A stretch of 64,000 bases of DNA from Octopus sinensis (GCF_006345805.1 NC_043015.1:930001-994000), one strand, 5' to 3'; shown: positions 23,439 through 35,247, numbered from the stretch's first letter. A program made the numbers and translations. The notes: generated by a model from the letters alone, not told the origin.

Positions 23439-24465
23439 ATGCCACTTACTCCGTTACCGATTCGTCAGCAGATTATTAAGCTTCGAAGGAAGGATAATTT
23501 AAGTATTGGGTCTATTGCAAAGTCAAAAATTGTTGTTCACAGTATTCTTAAGGTCTACGATGATTGTGGTTCGTGTGAAGCAAGAAAGTCTACAGGTAGG
23601 CCAAGTAAAACGACCAAGAGAAAAGATCGTGCTATGGTAAAGTTTGTTAAAAGGGTTAGATTTAAAACTGCTGCTGCTGGTTCTCGGGAAATGAGCATTG
23701 TACTGAAGAAAACTTTCTCTCGAAAAACTGTGTCTCGTCGTTTAGTTGAACATGACCTACAAGCAAGAGCACCTGCAGTGAAGCCACTGATCAGCTCCAA
23801 GAATAAAAAATGTCATCTTACCTTTGCAACCGAACATGTGTTGTGGTCTCAAGAAAAATGGCAAAAGGTGCATTTCAGTGATGAATCTAAGTCTATGTTA
23901 TTTGGCTCAGATGGGAAAAGGTACGTTCGTCGAAAAGCAGGTGAAAAATTGTCGCCTAAATGCCTTAAGACTAGTGTTAATTTCGGTGGAGGAAGTGTCA
24001 TGGTTTGGGGGATGATATCTGGAGATGGTGTAGGCTCTTTGGTGCGATTACATGGAAAGGTAAAAGCAGGAGTTTATAAACAACTTGTAAAAGATCATGT
24101 CATGCCTGTGCTGAGAAATTCAACTAAGCGACGACTCATATTCATGCAAGTCAATGCCCCATGTCACAAGGCTAAGGCGGTCATGAACTTCCTCAAGGCT
24201 GAAAAGGTTATTGTTATGGATTGGCCTGCTGAAAGCCCAGATCTCAATCCTATTGAAAACATGTGCTGGAGTCGGAAAGACAACATCCAGGTCTCCTGGA
24301 GAACGTTCAAAAGCCAGAAATCCTAAAACAACCGAGCAATTATGGAATGCCCTTCAGGAAGAATGGAATAAGATCACCCAGCAAGAAATTGAAAATTTAA
24401 TTTCCTCATGCAGTCAAAGATATCAAAGTTTGATTGAAGCTAAAGGGCTTCACACTAAATATGAA
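23439..24465 (+). pseudogene. Tc1-type DD34E transposase, disrupted
   Basis: GRPSKTT linker, FSDES, GGGSVMVWG, WPAESPDLNPIEN. The second catalytic Asp is changed to Val (FMQVNAP, GTC at 24150-24152), with 34 residues to the Glu. There is a frameshifting insertion after IENM, and the C-terminus (LWNALQEEW...KGLHTKY) is in ORF 24211..24561. Confidence 0.95.
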
Positions 24466-24685
24466 ATAATTCCAGCATTCTCTGTCATTTTCGATTATTT
24501 TGTTATTCTTTCAACAGTTCTGATAATTTTGGCCACCCTGGGTTTTGCAGTAAATCACTAAATCATCCGTAACTTATGTATTTTCCACTCAAATTACATC
24601 AAAATCTCAGACAATACCACCTTATGTTGTATTTATTTTCTGTGAAAATTATACAATATAAAACAACATTGATAAAAACTTATAC

Positions 24686-25090
24686 TCTCTTTTACTCTTT
24701 TACTTGTTTCAGTCATTTGACTGCTACCATGCTGGAGCACCGCCTTTAGTCGAGCAAATCGACTTATTCTTTGTAAGCCGAGTACTTATTCTATCGGTCT
24801 CTTTTGCCGAACCGCTAAGTAACGGGGACGTAAACACACCAGCATCGGTTGTTAAGCAATGCTAAGGGGACAAACATAGACACACAAACACACATACACG
24901 TACATATATATATATATACATATATACGACAGGCTTCTTTCAGTTTCCGTCTACCAAATCCACTCACAAGGCATTGGTCGGCCCGGGGCTATAGCAGAAG
25001 ACACTTGCCCAAGATGCCACGCAGTGGGACTGGACCCAGAACCATGTGGTTGGTTAGCAAGCTACTTACCACACAGCCACTCCTGCGCCT
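24686..25090 (-). mobile_element. SINE family C inserted in the right TIR of the Tc1 element
   Basis: Removing it restores GATAAAAACTTATAC-CTACTTTTCTGAC, the complement of the left TIR. Confidence 0.95.
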
Positions 25091-25143
25091 ATATATCTAC
25101 TTTTCTGACAAAACAATGCCGTTCTGAACATTTTGGCCGCAAC

Positions 25144-25188
<45 letters not shown>

Positions 25189-25411
25189 TATATATATCGG
25201 TATGTATGTATGTATACGTATACACATATATACATATATATGTATGTATGAATATATATATATATATATATGTATATATGTGTGTGTATATGTGCACGTG
25301 TATATGTATCTGTATGTATGACTATATGCATATATATATCAATATGTTTATATTTATATGCATTCATACACACAGGGGCATACACAAATATATATATATA
25401 TGTATATATGT

Positions 25412-25456
<45 letters not shown>

Positions 25457-27869
25457 TATACATATATGTATATATAAATGTATATATATATATACATTAT
25501 ATATATATATACATACATATATTTCTTTTTCTCAGTCTTCAATAAATCCACAGAATTGTCATGAGAGAAACGAGCAATAACCATCACGTATATACGACGT
25601 TTATTTCCCTATCCAACGTAGCGTTAATAATCCAAGTTTGTACTGAACTGATTCACCATTATCACACAAAAGATTATTCACACAAACCAGAAAAAAAGTT
25701 AGAATATAAAAAAAATATAAATATACATAAAATAATTGTATATAAAACGCACTTCAGTTTTTTTTTGTGTGTTCGTATTTTACTTGTCGTGTTATAGAGG
25801 AGTTGTCTGTAAGTATCATGGGTGTGATATTTTATGACGATGTCATCGCCCGAGTTTTGTCTGTCGGAGATTCGCTAGTTGGAGGCTGTAGATGCTTAGA
25901 TCATATCCTTGATCATTTATTCCTTCACGAAACCTATTTCTAAGTTATACATTATCAAAATTATTCACCGCCTCAATATGGCTGTGCAATGTTACTATTT
26001 GTTTTACCCCAGGTAGCAAACCCCTATCATACTACAGTCGACGAGAGGATTGCGAGGCGGATTCGGTATCTAGCTACTTTGCTAATCCTCAGTCCTGTCG
26101 TCTCGTGACCCTGTCGTTGGCTGGAAGATGGTAGGGACTGACGAAGGGTGACTACGAAACTAGGCTTACAGTCTACCATTCCACATATGGTTGTCGGTGG
26201 GATCCGAGTGTTCTCCATTTTCCGTGAAAGAGTAGTATTATATGCTTTGAAATATGGGGCGTCTGGAACTGAAAATATTTTCCCCCATGATGTGTCATTT
26301 TGAAGTAATTAGTAACACACAAGTAGCATACATATAACTTTAAAAATCACTTTGAAACGATTTCATCCACTAGGGGCTATACAATCCATCGACTTTGAGA
26401 AAAAGATGAAATTCTTTTTAATGTTGGGAATGAAATTCGACATTCACTGATTGAGAAAGCTGATTGCAAAAGGACCAAATTAAATGAATGTGTATAACAG
26501 TGTACAACTTCTGTCAGTGTTGCAGCTTTTCTGTCTTTACTGCCATCGACTTATCCCCAAGACCGTCTTTGAAAACTCATCAACATTCTCATCAACAGAA
26601 TGCAAAACGTGTGATAATTAAAATTTCATTCGAAGGTGTGTAGTCTCACCAAACAACAGGAACAACTGTTGTTTAATTTTTCGATCATTGGCTTAACTAC
26701 ACCTTCACTTTTAAAAGCTATACAGCTAAATGATTTTGTTTTTAATATCACTCGAATGTGATGACAAACTAACAGACATAGGAAACAGAATAATTTGTTC
26801 AGAATAGGTCGTCTTATAATTCACTCAGACTATTCATAATACCTTCAATCAAAATAACGATGGCATTCCTTACTGTCCACTTCGGTCTTGATTTTTAGCC
26901 TAAGCTTTGATTTCTCTTTTTCGAGAATGAAATATTCTTCTTATCGTCTAAAAAGTTGCGGAAAGTAGAGAAAAAAAAAAGCGAAAGATTTGCCATCATC
27001 TGAGTGATTCAAAACAGGAGAAATTCTACTGGCTTATGATCTTTTTAAATGAATCGAAGCCATTGTGCTATTAAATAATTTAGGTGCTAATTCACTTTTC
27101 TAGGTAATCTTTTTTAAATACCTTTAAATATTGAAAATAAATTTTGAGATAAAGTAAGAAAATTTATTTTGAAACGCATAAACGCTAATAGTATAGCAGA
27201 GGTTGGAAATAATATCCATAGTAATTAAAAACATTTCGTCAGCAACTATCCGTGAGACTCACATCCCTTTGATTACAGGTCAAGTACGATACCATTTAAG
27301 CTAAACTGCCCATGGTCGAATTAATCCGCAAGCTTAGAACTTATAAGCTACCGATCAGAAGGAGTAAACCCTGCGTTTGAAAATTTAAAAAATATCTTAT
27401 TTGTATCTCACAGTAGACATTTCAAAGTTTCTAAAACAATACAAAAATTACTATGTTTACATGTATGGTAATAAAATTTCAGCGTTGCAGCGTTCTGCTC
27501 GGAAGCTTTATAAGTTATAAAATTGGAGATTAGTTTGTAAGTGGGGAGTTTAGCTTAATTAGTAAAGCACTTGTTTGCTAATGAAAGGGATGCGAGTACG
27601 CATATACTGGATAAAATATTCAACGAATATTTTATCCAATATCTGCTGTTCTATCATGGTTTAAGCTTTTCAAAATAAATCATGTTCTCATTCGTATCTC
27701 ACAATATATTTTTCAACGCTTCGAAAACAAACATTGAGTGTTTACATTTAACAACTTAAGTTGTTGGTTGCTTCTTTTCGCTCTGTGTGAAATCGTCAAG
27801 AAAACATTGGGGTAACATGACTGAATTCAGGTCTTAAAGAAGGATGGAAACTACTCTCTCCATTGGTTA

Positions 27870-28620
27870 CATCTTTCTAGAAAGCAAGCATGGGTGTGTG
27901 TTAAGAAGTCTGCTTCCCAACTAAATGGTTCCAGGTCAACTCTTCTCTTAGTGTCTCCTACTATAGCCTTTCGCCGACTATAAAACCGCGTAAGTACACT
28001 TGATAAAGGGAAACTGAAAAAAAACCCCAAAAACGACCGTTTGTACGTATATGTGTGTACGTGAGTGTGTGTATTTCTGTGCTTGTCCTTCGCCACCGCT
28101 TGAAAACCACGTTTTTCTCTTTCTTGGTCACTGCTCTCACTATGAAAAGAAAAACAGTAAAAAATTTGTTCACTGGTGATAACTTAACATAACTGATAGG
28201 CAAGCATTAAAATATAAATAATCAACAATATATTACACTAACATTATCTATCATGGAAATATAAAAAGCCATGCAGTGAATTCGTTGCATACATAGAACA
28301 TTCGCCCTTGTTACGTTTCGCTGCTGGCAAATCATATATACAGGGTCAAGTGCTGCACCTTTAAGCAGGTGGCGGAAAACCAGCCTGTATATATATATGC
28401 ATAGGAGTGGCTCATGGACGCAGGAGTGACTGTGTGGTAAGAAGCGTGCTTCCGAACCGGAGTGTTCCGGGTTGAGACTCACTACGTGGCATCTCGTGCA
28501 AGGGTCTTCTACTATAGACGCGGTCTGACAAAGCCTTGTAAAAGAAGCCCGTCCTATATATATACATATGTGTGTGCATGTGTATATGTGCGTGGGTGTG
28601 TTTGCGTGTATAATATTGGA
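27870..28620 (+). mobile_element. two degenerate SINE family C copies (about 27870-28110 and 28400-28620)
   Basis: Decayed heads (TGTGTG..AAGAAG..TGCTTCC), CTACTATAG and microsatellite middle. Confidence 0.6.
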
Positions 28621-28730
28621 TTTAAAATCACAATGTATCGATGCATCTAGGCACATCCCTCTATCTCCGTCTGTCTATCTCTCTGTATATATTATACATA
28701 TGTACATACGTACATACATTTATACATATC

Positions 28731-28762
<32 letters not shown>

Positions 28763-28769
<7 letters not shown>

Positions 28770-28877
28770 ATCACGTGACCGACCAGACCATCAGATGTTG
28801 TTACACATCGCTGGTCACAATGCGTTCGCATTGTTTTAGCCTTCGAATGACGCCACCCCGCTGGCTAAGCGAGCAGG

Positions 28878-28880
<3 letters not shown>
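28763..28880 (-). mobile_element. 118-bp retroposon 3' module (tail E) embedded in (TA)n
   Basis: Near-identical to 34551-34675. Ends in the palindrome TCACGTGATCACGTGA. Confidence 0.8.
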
Positions 28881-28916
<36 letters not shown>

Positions 28917-29179
28917 ACAGTCGATGAATTGATGAAGAATGCCAACAATAAACCTGGAGTCCTCAATAATTGATGTAGAAGTTCATGTAATTGTAGAATG
29001 CATATCCTTAACATAAAGCAAATCTATTCTCGTGCGAACAAATTTTTTACTTTTCTATCATTGTTGAAATAAAAATCGCAATTCAACAACCAAATTAGAC
29101 AAGGTTTGTTAACATCTTGCACTTTATTGTGCATTTATGCAAGCATTTGTACGTATTACCTGTATTTGCCTTGTATTAC

Positions 29180-29230
29180 CTGTTCCAGCTCTTTTAATCC
29201 CAAGTTTAATTTCTCAGTATTTCTGTAGTC
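29180..29230 (-). CDS. candidate 51-nt exon (DYRNTEKLNLGLKELEQ), phase 0/0
   Basis: Acceptor CTATTTACAG, donor CAG|GTAATA, only frame 0 open, located in unique sequence. Confidence 0.35.
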
Positions 29231-29744
29231 CTGTAAATAGGTATTCTACTGCGATGCCTTGTATCTATTGAATCAAGTGTGAAAAATGAAAATGATCGTC
29301 AAAATACAATGAAGCAATATTTACAGTATTGTTTATCTGGTTATGACAAAATATTAAATATTGTCATAAAGATGAAACCGCCAGCTTATGGCAATTAATA
29401 GTGATATTATAATACAATACATGGGGAAGAAATGTGAGAATGTATATAAAAAGAGACTATATTTTTATGTGAAAGGTAGTGTAAAGAAAATAAACGAAAG
29501 AAAAGGATTCGAGATATATGGAATGAAAGAACGAAAGGAGGCTTAACAATAAAATACAAAAAGCGAAATTTAAGGAAGTATTTGTGCAAATATATTCAGG
29601 GATATCTATGGATTAGGGAGAGAAATGAAGATACATATACACTAAATATACAAAGAATCAAAATGTGAAAGGAACGTAAAAAGAAATGGGAGAAGGAATG
29701 TGAGTAGAAAATTAAAAAGACACAAGATATAAAAATGACAGAAC

Positions 29745-30320
29745 ACATATTGTTCTTTCTACTCTACGGACAAGGTCGGAAATTTTGGGGGAGGAGGCCA
29801 CTCGATTAGATCGACCCCAGTACGGAACTGGTCCATAATTTATCGATGGTGAAAGGATGAATGACACAGTCGACCTCGGTGGAATTTAAACTCAGAACGT
29901 AAAGACAGACGAAATACCTATTTCTTTACTACACACAAGGGGACAAACAAGTACAGACAAACAGGTTAAGTCGATTATATCGACCCCAGTGCGTAAATGG
30001 TACTTAAGTTATCGACCCCGAAAGGATGAAAAGCAAAGTCGACCTCGGTGGAATTTGAACTCAGAACGTAACGACAGAAGAAATACATATTTCTTTATTA
30101 CCCACAAGGGGCTAAACACAGAAGGGGCAAACAAGGACAGTAATAGGTATTAAGTCGATTACATCGACCCCAGTGCGTAACTGGTCCTTAATTCATCGAC
30201 CCGAAAGGATGAAAAGCAAAGTCGTCCTCGGCGGAATTTGAACTCAGAACGTAACAGCAGACGAAATACGTTACGGATTTCGCCCAGCGTGCTAACGTTT
30301 CTGCCAGATCGCTGCCTTAA
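29745..30320 (-). mobile_element. SINE family A trimer (one head, three body units)
   Basis: Three successive bodies. Junctions read GAAATA(T/G)GTATTTC on the minus strand, and the last unit has an A2 tail. Confidence 0.9.
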
Positions 30321-30389
30321 AAAAAAAGAAAAAGAAAAATTAAGGACAGAAGATATTAAAAGTAGAGTGTGATATTAGAAGAGAAAAGG

Positions 30390-30560
30390 GAGGTGAGCTG
30401 GCTGAATCATTACCTTACCGTATTGAATCATTACCTTAACGGCATTTCGCCCGGCTATGCATTCGCAGTTCAAATTCCGCCGAGGTCGATTTTGCTTTCA
30501 ATCATCGATAAAATAAGTAGTAGTCGGGCTAGGGAATAGATGTAATGGACTAGCTTCCAC
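30390..30560 (+). mobile_element. SINE family A, degenerate
   Basis: GAGCTGGCTGAA head and GTTCAAATTCCGCCGAGGTCGATTTTGC body. Confidence 0.7.
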
Positions 30561-30654
30561 CCAACAAATTACTCTAGATTCCACCTCTCAAATTCTACTC
30601 ATAGAAAAAAATATTAGGAAGGAAAGAAAAAAGATTGGCGTTTGTTAAAGAAAG

Positions 30655-31078
30655 GCGCAGGAGTGGCTGTGTGGTAAGTAGCTTGCTAACCAACCACATG
30701 GTTCCGGGTTCAGTCCCACTGCGTGGCATCTTGGGCAAGTGTCTTCTGCTATAGCCCCAGGCCGACCAATGCCTTGTGAGTGGATTTGATAGACGGAAAC
30801 TGAAAAAAACCTGCCGTATATATGTATATATATATATATAAGTGTGTGTGTATATGTTTGTGTGTCTGTGTTTGTCCCCCTCAACATCGCACGACAACCG
30901 ATGCTGGTGTGTTTACGTCCCCGTCAGCTCGCGGTTCGGCAAAAGAGACCGATAGAATAAGTACTGGGCTTACAAAAAATAAGTCCCGGGATCGATTTGC
31001 TCGACTAAAGGTGGTGCTCCAGCATGGCCGCATTCAAATGACTGAAACAAGTAAAAGAGTAAAAGAGTAAAAGAGTAA
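30655..31078 (+). mobile_element. SINE family C, full length
   Basis: GGCGCAGGAGTGGCTGTGTGG A-box, GGTTCAGTCCC B-box, CORE-like TTGGGCAAGTGTC, internal (TA)/(TG), (GTAAAAGA)3 tail. Confidence 0.9.
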
Positions 31079-31280
31079 ATATTTATGACCAAAAATATAT
31101 GTGCAAATCAATTCATATTTTTTAAAATCATTGAAGAACTATAGGTATTTTCGTCGACAAACAACTAAAAACGTATCGAATTGCTTTAATATTTCAAAAT
31201 AAATATAATGAAATTTAATTTTGAAAGGGGTGATTTAAATGTTACTTAATAGTCAGTACCTGCAGGAAATGTCAATCCAA

Positions 31281-31283
<3 letters not shown>

Positions 31284-31346
<63 letters not shown>

Positions 31347-31382
31347 ATCTATCTATCTATCCTATCTATCTATCTATCTATC

Positions 31383-31420
<38 letters not shown>
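31284..31420. repeat. (TCTA)n tetranucleotide microsatellite
   Basis: Directly visible array. Confidence 0.95.
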
Positions 31421-31893
31421 GACGAAGCCACCTTGAGCATAATCCTTTGAAACCGGGAAACAATTAAAACAGAGAATTACTTGCTTGCAAATAATTGTGT
31501 TAACCTATGACATTATTGACCGAGGTCACCGTGGTCTTTTCCGAAGGCTTTTCTTCCTACGGATAAACCTTACCTGTTTTCCTTTACACTTTACATCATG
31601 ACATTTCTGTGATACAGGCTCCCTATTGATCGTTCATTTTTACGATCCCTTTTGATCGAAAACTTACACCCCCAACTTTTTTTATCCTAAAAAGAAAAGA
31701 TCTACTTTGTAATTTGTCCCCTCTGTGTTCAGCCCTGAGTGGCTAATAAAGAAACATATCTATCTATATATCTGCTTATCTATCTATCTATTTATCTTTC
31801 TGTCTGTCTGTCTATCTATCTATCCATCCATCCATCCATCCATGCATTTATATATTTACAGCTATGTATTTACAAGCATATAAAGGCATTTAC

Positions 31894-31936
31894 CAAGTAG
31901 AATAATTCAAGGTTTGCTTTTTGTTTAAGCATGGTG
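31894..31936 (-). CDS. candidate 43-nt exon (TMLKQKANLELFYL), phase 2/0
   Basis: Acceptor TTTTTTGTGTTTCGCTTAG, donor TTG|GTAAAT. Frame-compatible with 29180-29230. Confidence 0.25.
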
Positions 31937-32345
31937 CTAAGCGAAACACAAAAAACTAGACAAATGTTTCTTTTCAATGAAGTAGATGCTTCGTGCAGCG
32001 TAGAGTCATCCCGTCAATAAACGCTTCTTTGTGTTCAGTTTCGATCAGAATATTTTTATTTTAAAATTTATAAACTAAAGGAACATGCATAGAGGCAGAC
32101 ACACATACAGATTTTTCCATATATAATCTAATATATACGAGTCTGTGTGTGTGTGTGTGTGTCTAAATATCTACGTATACATATATACATTTACGCATAT
32201 ATATATATATTATACGTATATATATATTTATGCATACATATAAATTATATATATATAATACGTCTATATATATATATATATATATACATCTATATATATA
32301 TTCCATTTTTATGTGTTTATACATATACATGCATATATATATATA

Positions 32346-32383
<38 letters not shown>

Positions 32384-32739
32384 AGAGAGAGGGGGGAGTG
32401 AGATAGGGGGAAGAGAGAAAAATATACAGACAGTGAGAGAGAGGGAGAACGAGAGGAGAAAGAAAGAAATAAAGAAATGGATATAGAAGAAAAAAAGGAA
32501 AAGACAAAATGTTGGGAGACGGTGGAGTGCGACAACAGAACAAAAGGTACGAGAAAAGAAGGAAGAAAAGAAAAAAAAAAACAAGAAAAGAAATCCTGCA
32601 AAAAGGTACAACAAAAACAAAGCAATTCTCTCACGTACCTTTTCACACAAGGAAATATGGCGACTGCGTGTCCTGTAGACATATTGTATATTTCGTTGTT
32701 GACACTTGTAATAATGTTTGCTCATTGTAGTTGATGTTA

Positions 32740-33184
32740 ATGTTGTAGTTGTCGCCGACGACGTCCTAGTTGCTGTTATGGTTGTTGTTGTTGTTGTTGT
32801 TATGGTTGTGGTTGTTGTAGTTGTGGTTGTTGTTTTGTGGGTGGCGTTTTTGGTGGTTTTTTTTTGTTTATGTAGGAGGTGGTGAGGTTTTTATATTATT
32901 CTATTATTTTTTCTGAAATGTTCGATCTTTGAATACGTACGTCCTCATAACGTCTCTTTTACTGTTTCGATGACGACGTTGATGACGACGATGATGATGA
33001 TGATGATGATGTTGATGATGATGATGATATGATGATGATGATGATGATGATGATGTAAATGTTGTGATGATGTTAGTGCTAGCCAAGGCCACTACAGCGG
33101 TGACGGAGCCGGTGTCAATGGAGATTTAAACGACGACGGTGACGACGACGACGGAGATGACAACGAAGACGATGATGATGATGG

Positions 33185-33222
<38 letters not shown>

Positions 33223-33700
33223 CGGCTGAGATGGTGGAGTAAAGGTTGTTGGAGATGCTGATAATTGGAAGACGGATAGTGACAACGATGATGATACTGA
33301 TGACGACGGAGGATGATGATGATATCGATGATGACAACTATGATGATGATGATGACGAACATGATGATGACGACGACGACAACGATTATGATGATGGTTC
33401 TGAAGATGACGAACATGATGATAACGATGATGATGATCATGATGATGATGATGATGATGACGACGACGAAGATGATAACAATAATTACGACGACGAAGAA
33501 CATTACAGCAATATTGTCTATGTCAGAATTAACATTTATTTCTAACGGCCGCCACTAGCATCATTATCATCATCATCACGACAACCATCAGCAACACTAA
33601 ACAGTACCACCAACTTCCTCATCATTGATTTTGTCCTTGTAGTGGTTATCATGATCATAATAAGCATCGTCGTCATCATCAACATGATGATGATGACGAT
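32740..33700. repeat. compound trinucleotide low-complexity region (GTT, GAT, GAC, then CAT/ATC)
   Basis: Directly visible. It produces the Asp-, Met- and Ile-rich ORFs in the track. Confidence 0.9.
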
Positions 33701-33942
33701 AGGAGAGTCCAGTTTGCTGGACATTGTTGTAGAGCTGAAAAAGAAGTAATTTCTACTCTTCTCCTCTGGAAGCCATCTACTCGCAATACCAGAGGGCGCA
33801 CACTCTCCTACCCTGATGTAATCTCCAGGGATACAGGCATCCAGCAACAGGACCTCCGTAATGCCATGATGGACCGTGAAGTCTGGCGTAGCATGGTAAA
33901 TTCCATTGTCTCGACCACGGTCGAACAATGATGATGATGATT
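33701..33942 (+). mobile_element. RTE-clade LINE 3' end (5'-truncated) with (TGA)n tail
   Basis: 76 uninterrupted codons: RRVQFAGHCCRAEKEVISTLLLWKPSTRNTRGRTLSYPDVISRDTGIQQQDLRNAMMDREVWRSMVNSIVSTTVEQ*. This matches the RTE C-terminal pattern RR..FAGH..R...W.P...GR...D.G......M.DR..WR. Confidence 0.9.
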
Positions 33943-34512
33943 TCTGTAAACACTAATATATGAAATTAAGGTATCACCTAGGAAGTGTGGAGGAGGTACT
34001 GAATAGAATTTTGTGACTCCTTTATGTAGCACCGTACAAAGATTCCAAATAATTTCTAGGTGATCAATTTAGTTTGAAAGATCTTCAGATTATCACACAG
34101 ACAGACTTTCACACACACATACTACCCCCCACACACACACTTTCCCCCAAATAAGACCAGGAATTACTTCAAAACATCTTTAATGATAAGTTAGAATTAT
34201 AACTGACCAATAAAGACATACTAAAGTCATGTTTTGGTCTTCTTCTTTTTTGCATTATATTTAATCTCGCTAAACTCACATGACGGTTTTACAGTCGTGA
34301 ATCTATGATTATATACATCTGAAGAATTTCGCTATTAATCTAGAATCCGACTGTATCGATAGCCCAGAACGGGTCGATTGTTTATCTCTATATAACGTAC
34401 ATTTATAACCTAACGGCACATTAGATCACACACACACACGCAAAGAGGTATGTACACATACAGATATATATCAGAGAGTGGAGAAGCTAAGGAAGAGCAC
34501 TCAACAAATTTA

Positions 34513-34919
34513 GTGGCTCATAAACACCTTCCACGTTGCAATTGTATATATCACGTGATCACGTGACCGACCAGACCAGACCATCAGATGTTGCTACACA
34601 TCGCTGGTCACAATGTGTTCGCATTGTTTTAGCCTTCGAATGACGCCACCCCGCTGAATAAGCGAGCAGGCCACCCCCTGCCGGAGCCTCATGGAGCTTT
34701 AGGTGTCTACGCTCAATAAACACACACAACGCCCAGTCTAGGAAGCGAAACCGTGATCCTACGACCGCAAGTCCGCTGCCCTAACCACTAGGCCATTGCG
34801 CCTCCACTATATATGAGTGTGTGCACATATATAATTATATGTGTGTGTGTGTGTTTATCTGTGTGTGTATGTATGTATATGTATATACAATTGGAATGTG
34901 GAAGGTGTTTATGAGCCAT
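34513..34919. mobile_element. small MITE (38-bp TIRs) carrying a SINE insertion
   Basis: 34513-34550 and 34882-34919 are inverted repeats with 3 mismatches. Confidence 0.65.
34551..34807 (-). mobile_element. SINE with family B head and tail E
   Basis: Family B head through GGCTCCGGCAGGGGGTGG fused to the module also found alone at 28763-28880. Confidence 0.85.
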
Positions 34920-35147
34920 TTAAAAACACACAAACCGTTAGATACACTTCACCATTTATATTTAATTTGCCAAAATATTTTTGTTACTTTGAGATCGCAA
35001 CATGATCACCGACAATATTCCATCCAGGCTGCAATTGCTTTTGTTTCAGCACACGATCCCACATCAAGTCACTTGCTATGCAAGTACATCCCCCTATACA
35101 TACATACGTATATACATATATATATATACATATATGTATATTAAATA

Positions 35148-35206
<59 letters not shown>

Positions 35207-35214
35207 TATATATG

Positions 35215-35247
<33 letters not shown>

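Larger units (their letters stand above)
23093..25145 (+). mobile_element. Tc1-family DNA transposon, IR/DR type, complete but inactive
   Basis: TIRs of about 230 bp (23093-23320; 24512-25145 interrupted by a SINE), each with outer and inner direct repeats GCGGCCAAAAT(GT/TA)TCA(A/G)AACGG. TA on the left and TG on the right, inside a (TA)n tract. Confidence 0.95.

Noticed and set aside
25089-25587. Long IYIY/CVCV/THTH ORFs here and at 35, 37, 41, 48, 55-60 and 62-63 kb
   Set aside because: Dinucleotide microsatellites lack stop codons in several frames; these are not genes.
26010-26085. Possible HDV-like ribozyme (GGTAGC/GCTACT P1)
   Set aside because: P3, L3 and the P1.1 GG could not be placed in the required order.
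27543-27608. tRNA-like sequence GGGGAGTTTAGCTTAATTAGTAAAGC...
   Set aside because: No valid T-arm or B-box and no closed acceptor stem; at best a decayed SINE head. All other tRNA-like segments are SINE heads, so no tRNA gene is called.
33126-33558. Asp-rich, Met-rich and Ile-rich ORFs (for example 33246..33545)
   Set aside because: Overlapping ORFs in several frames from GAT/GAC triplet repeats, with no splice or homology support.
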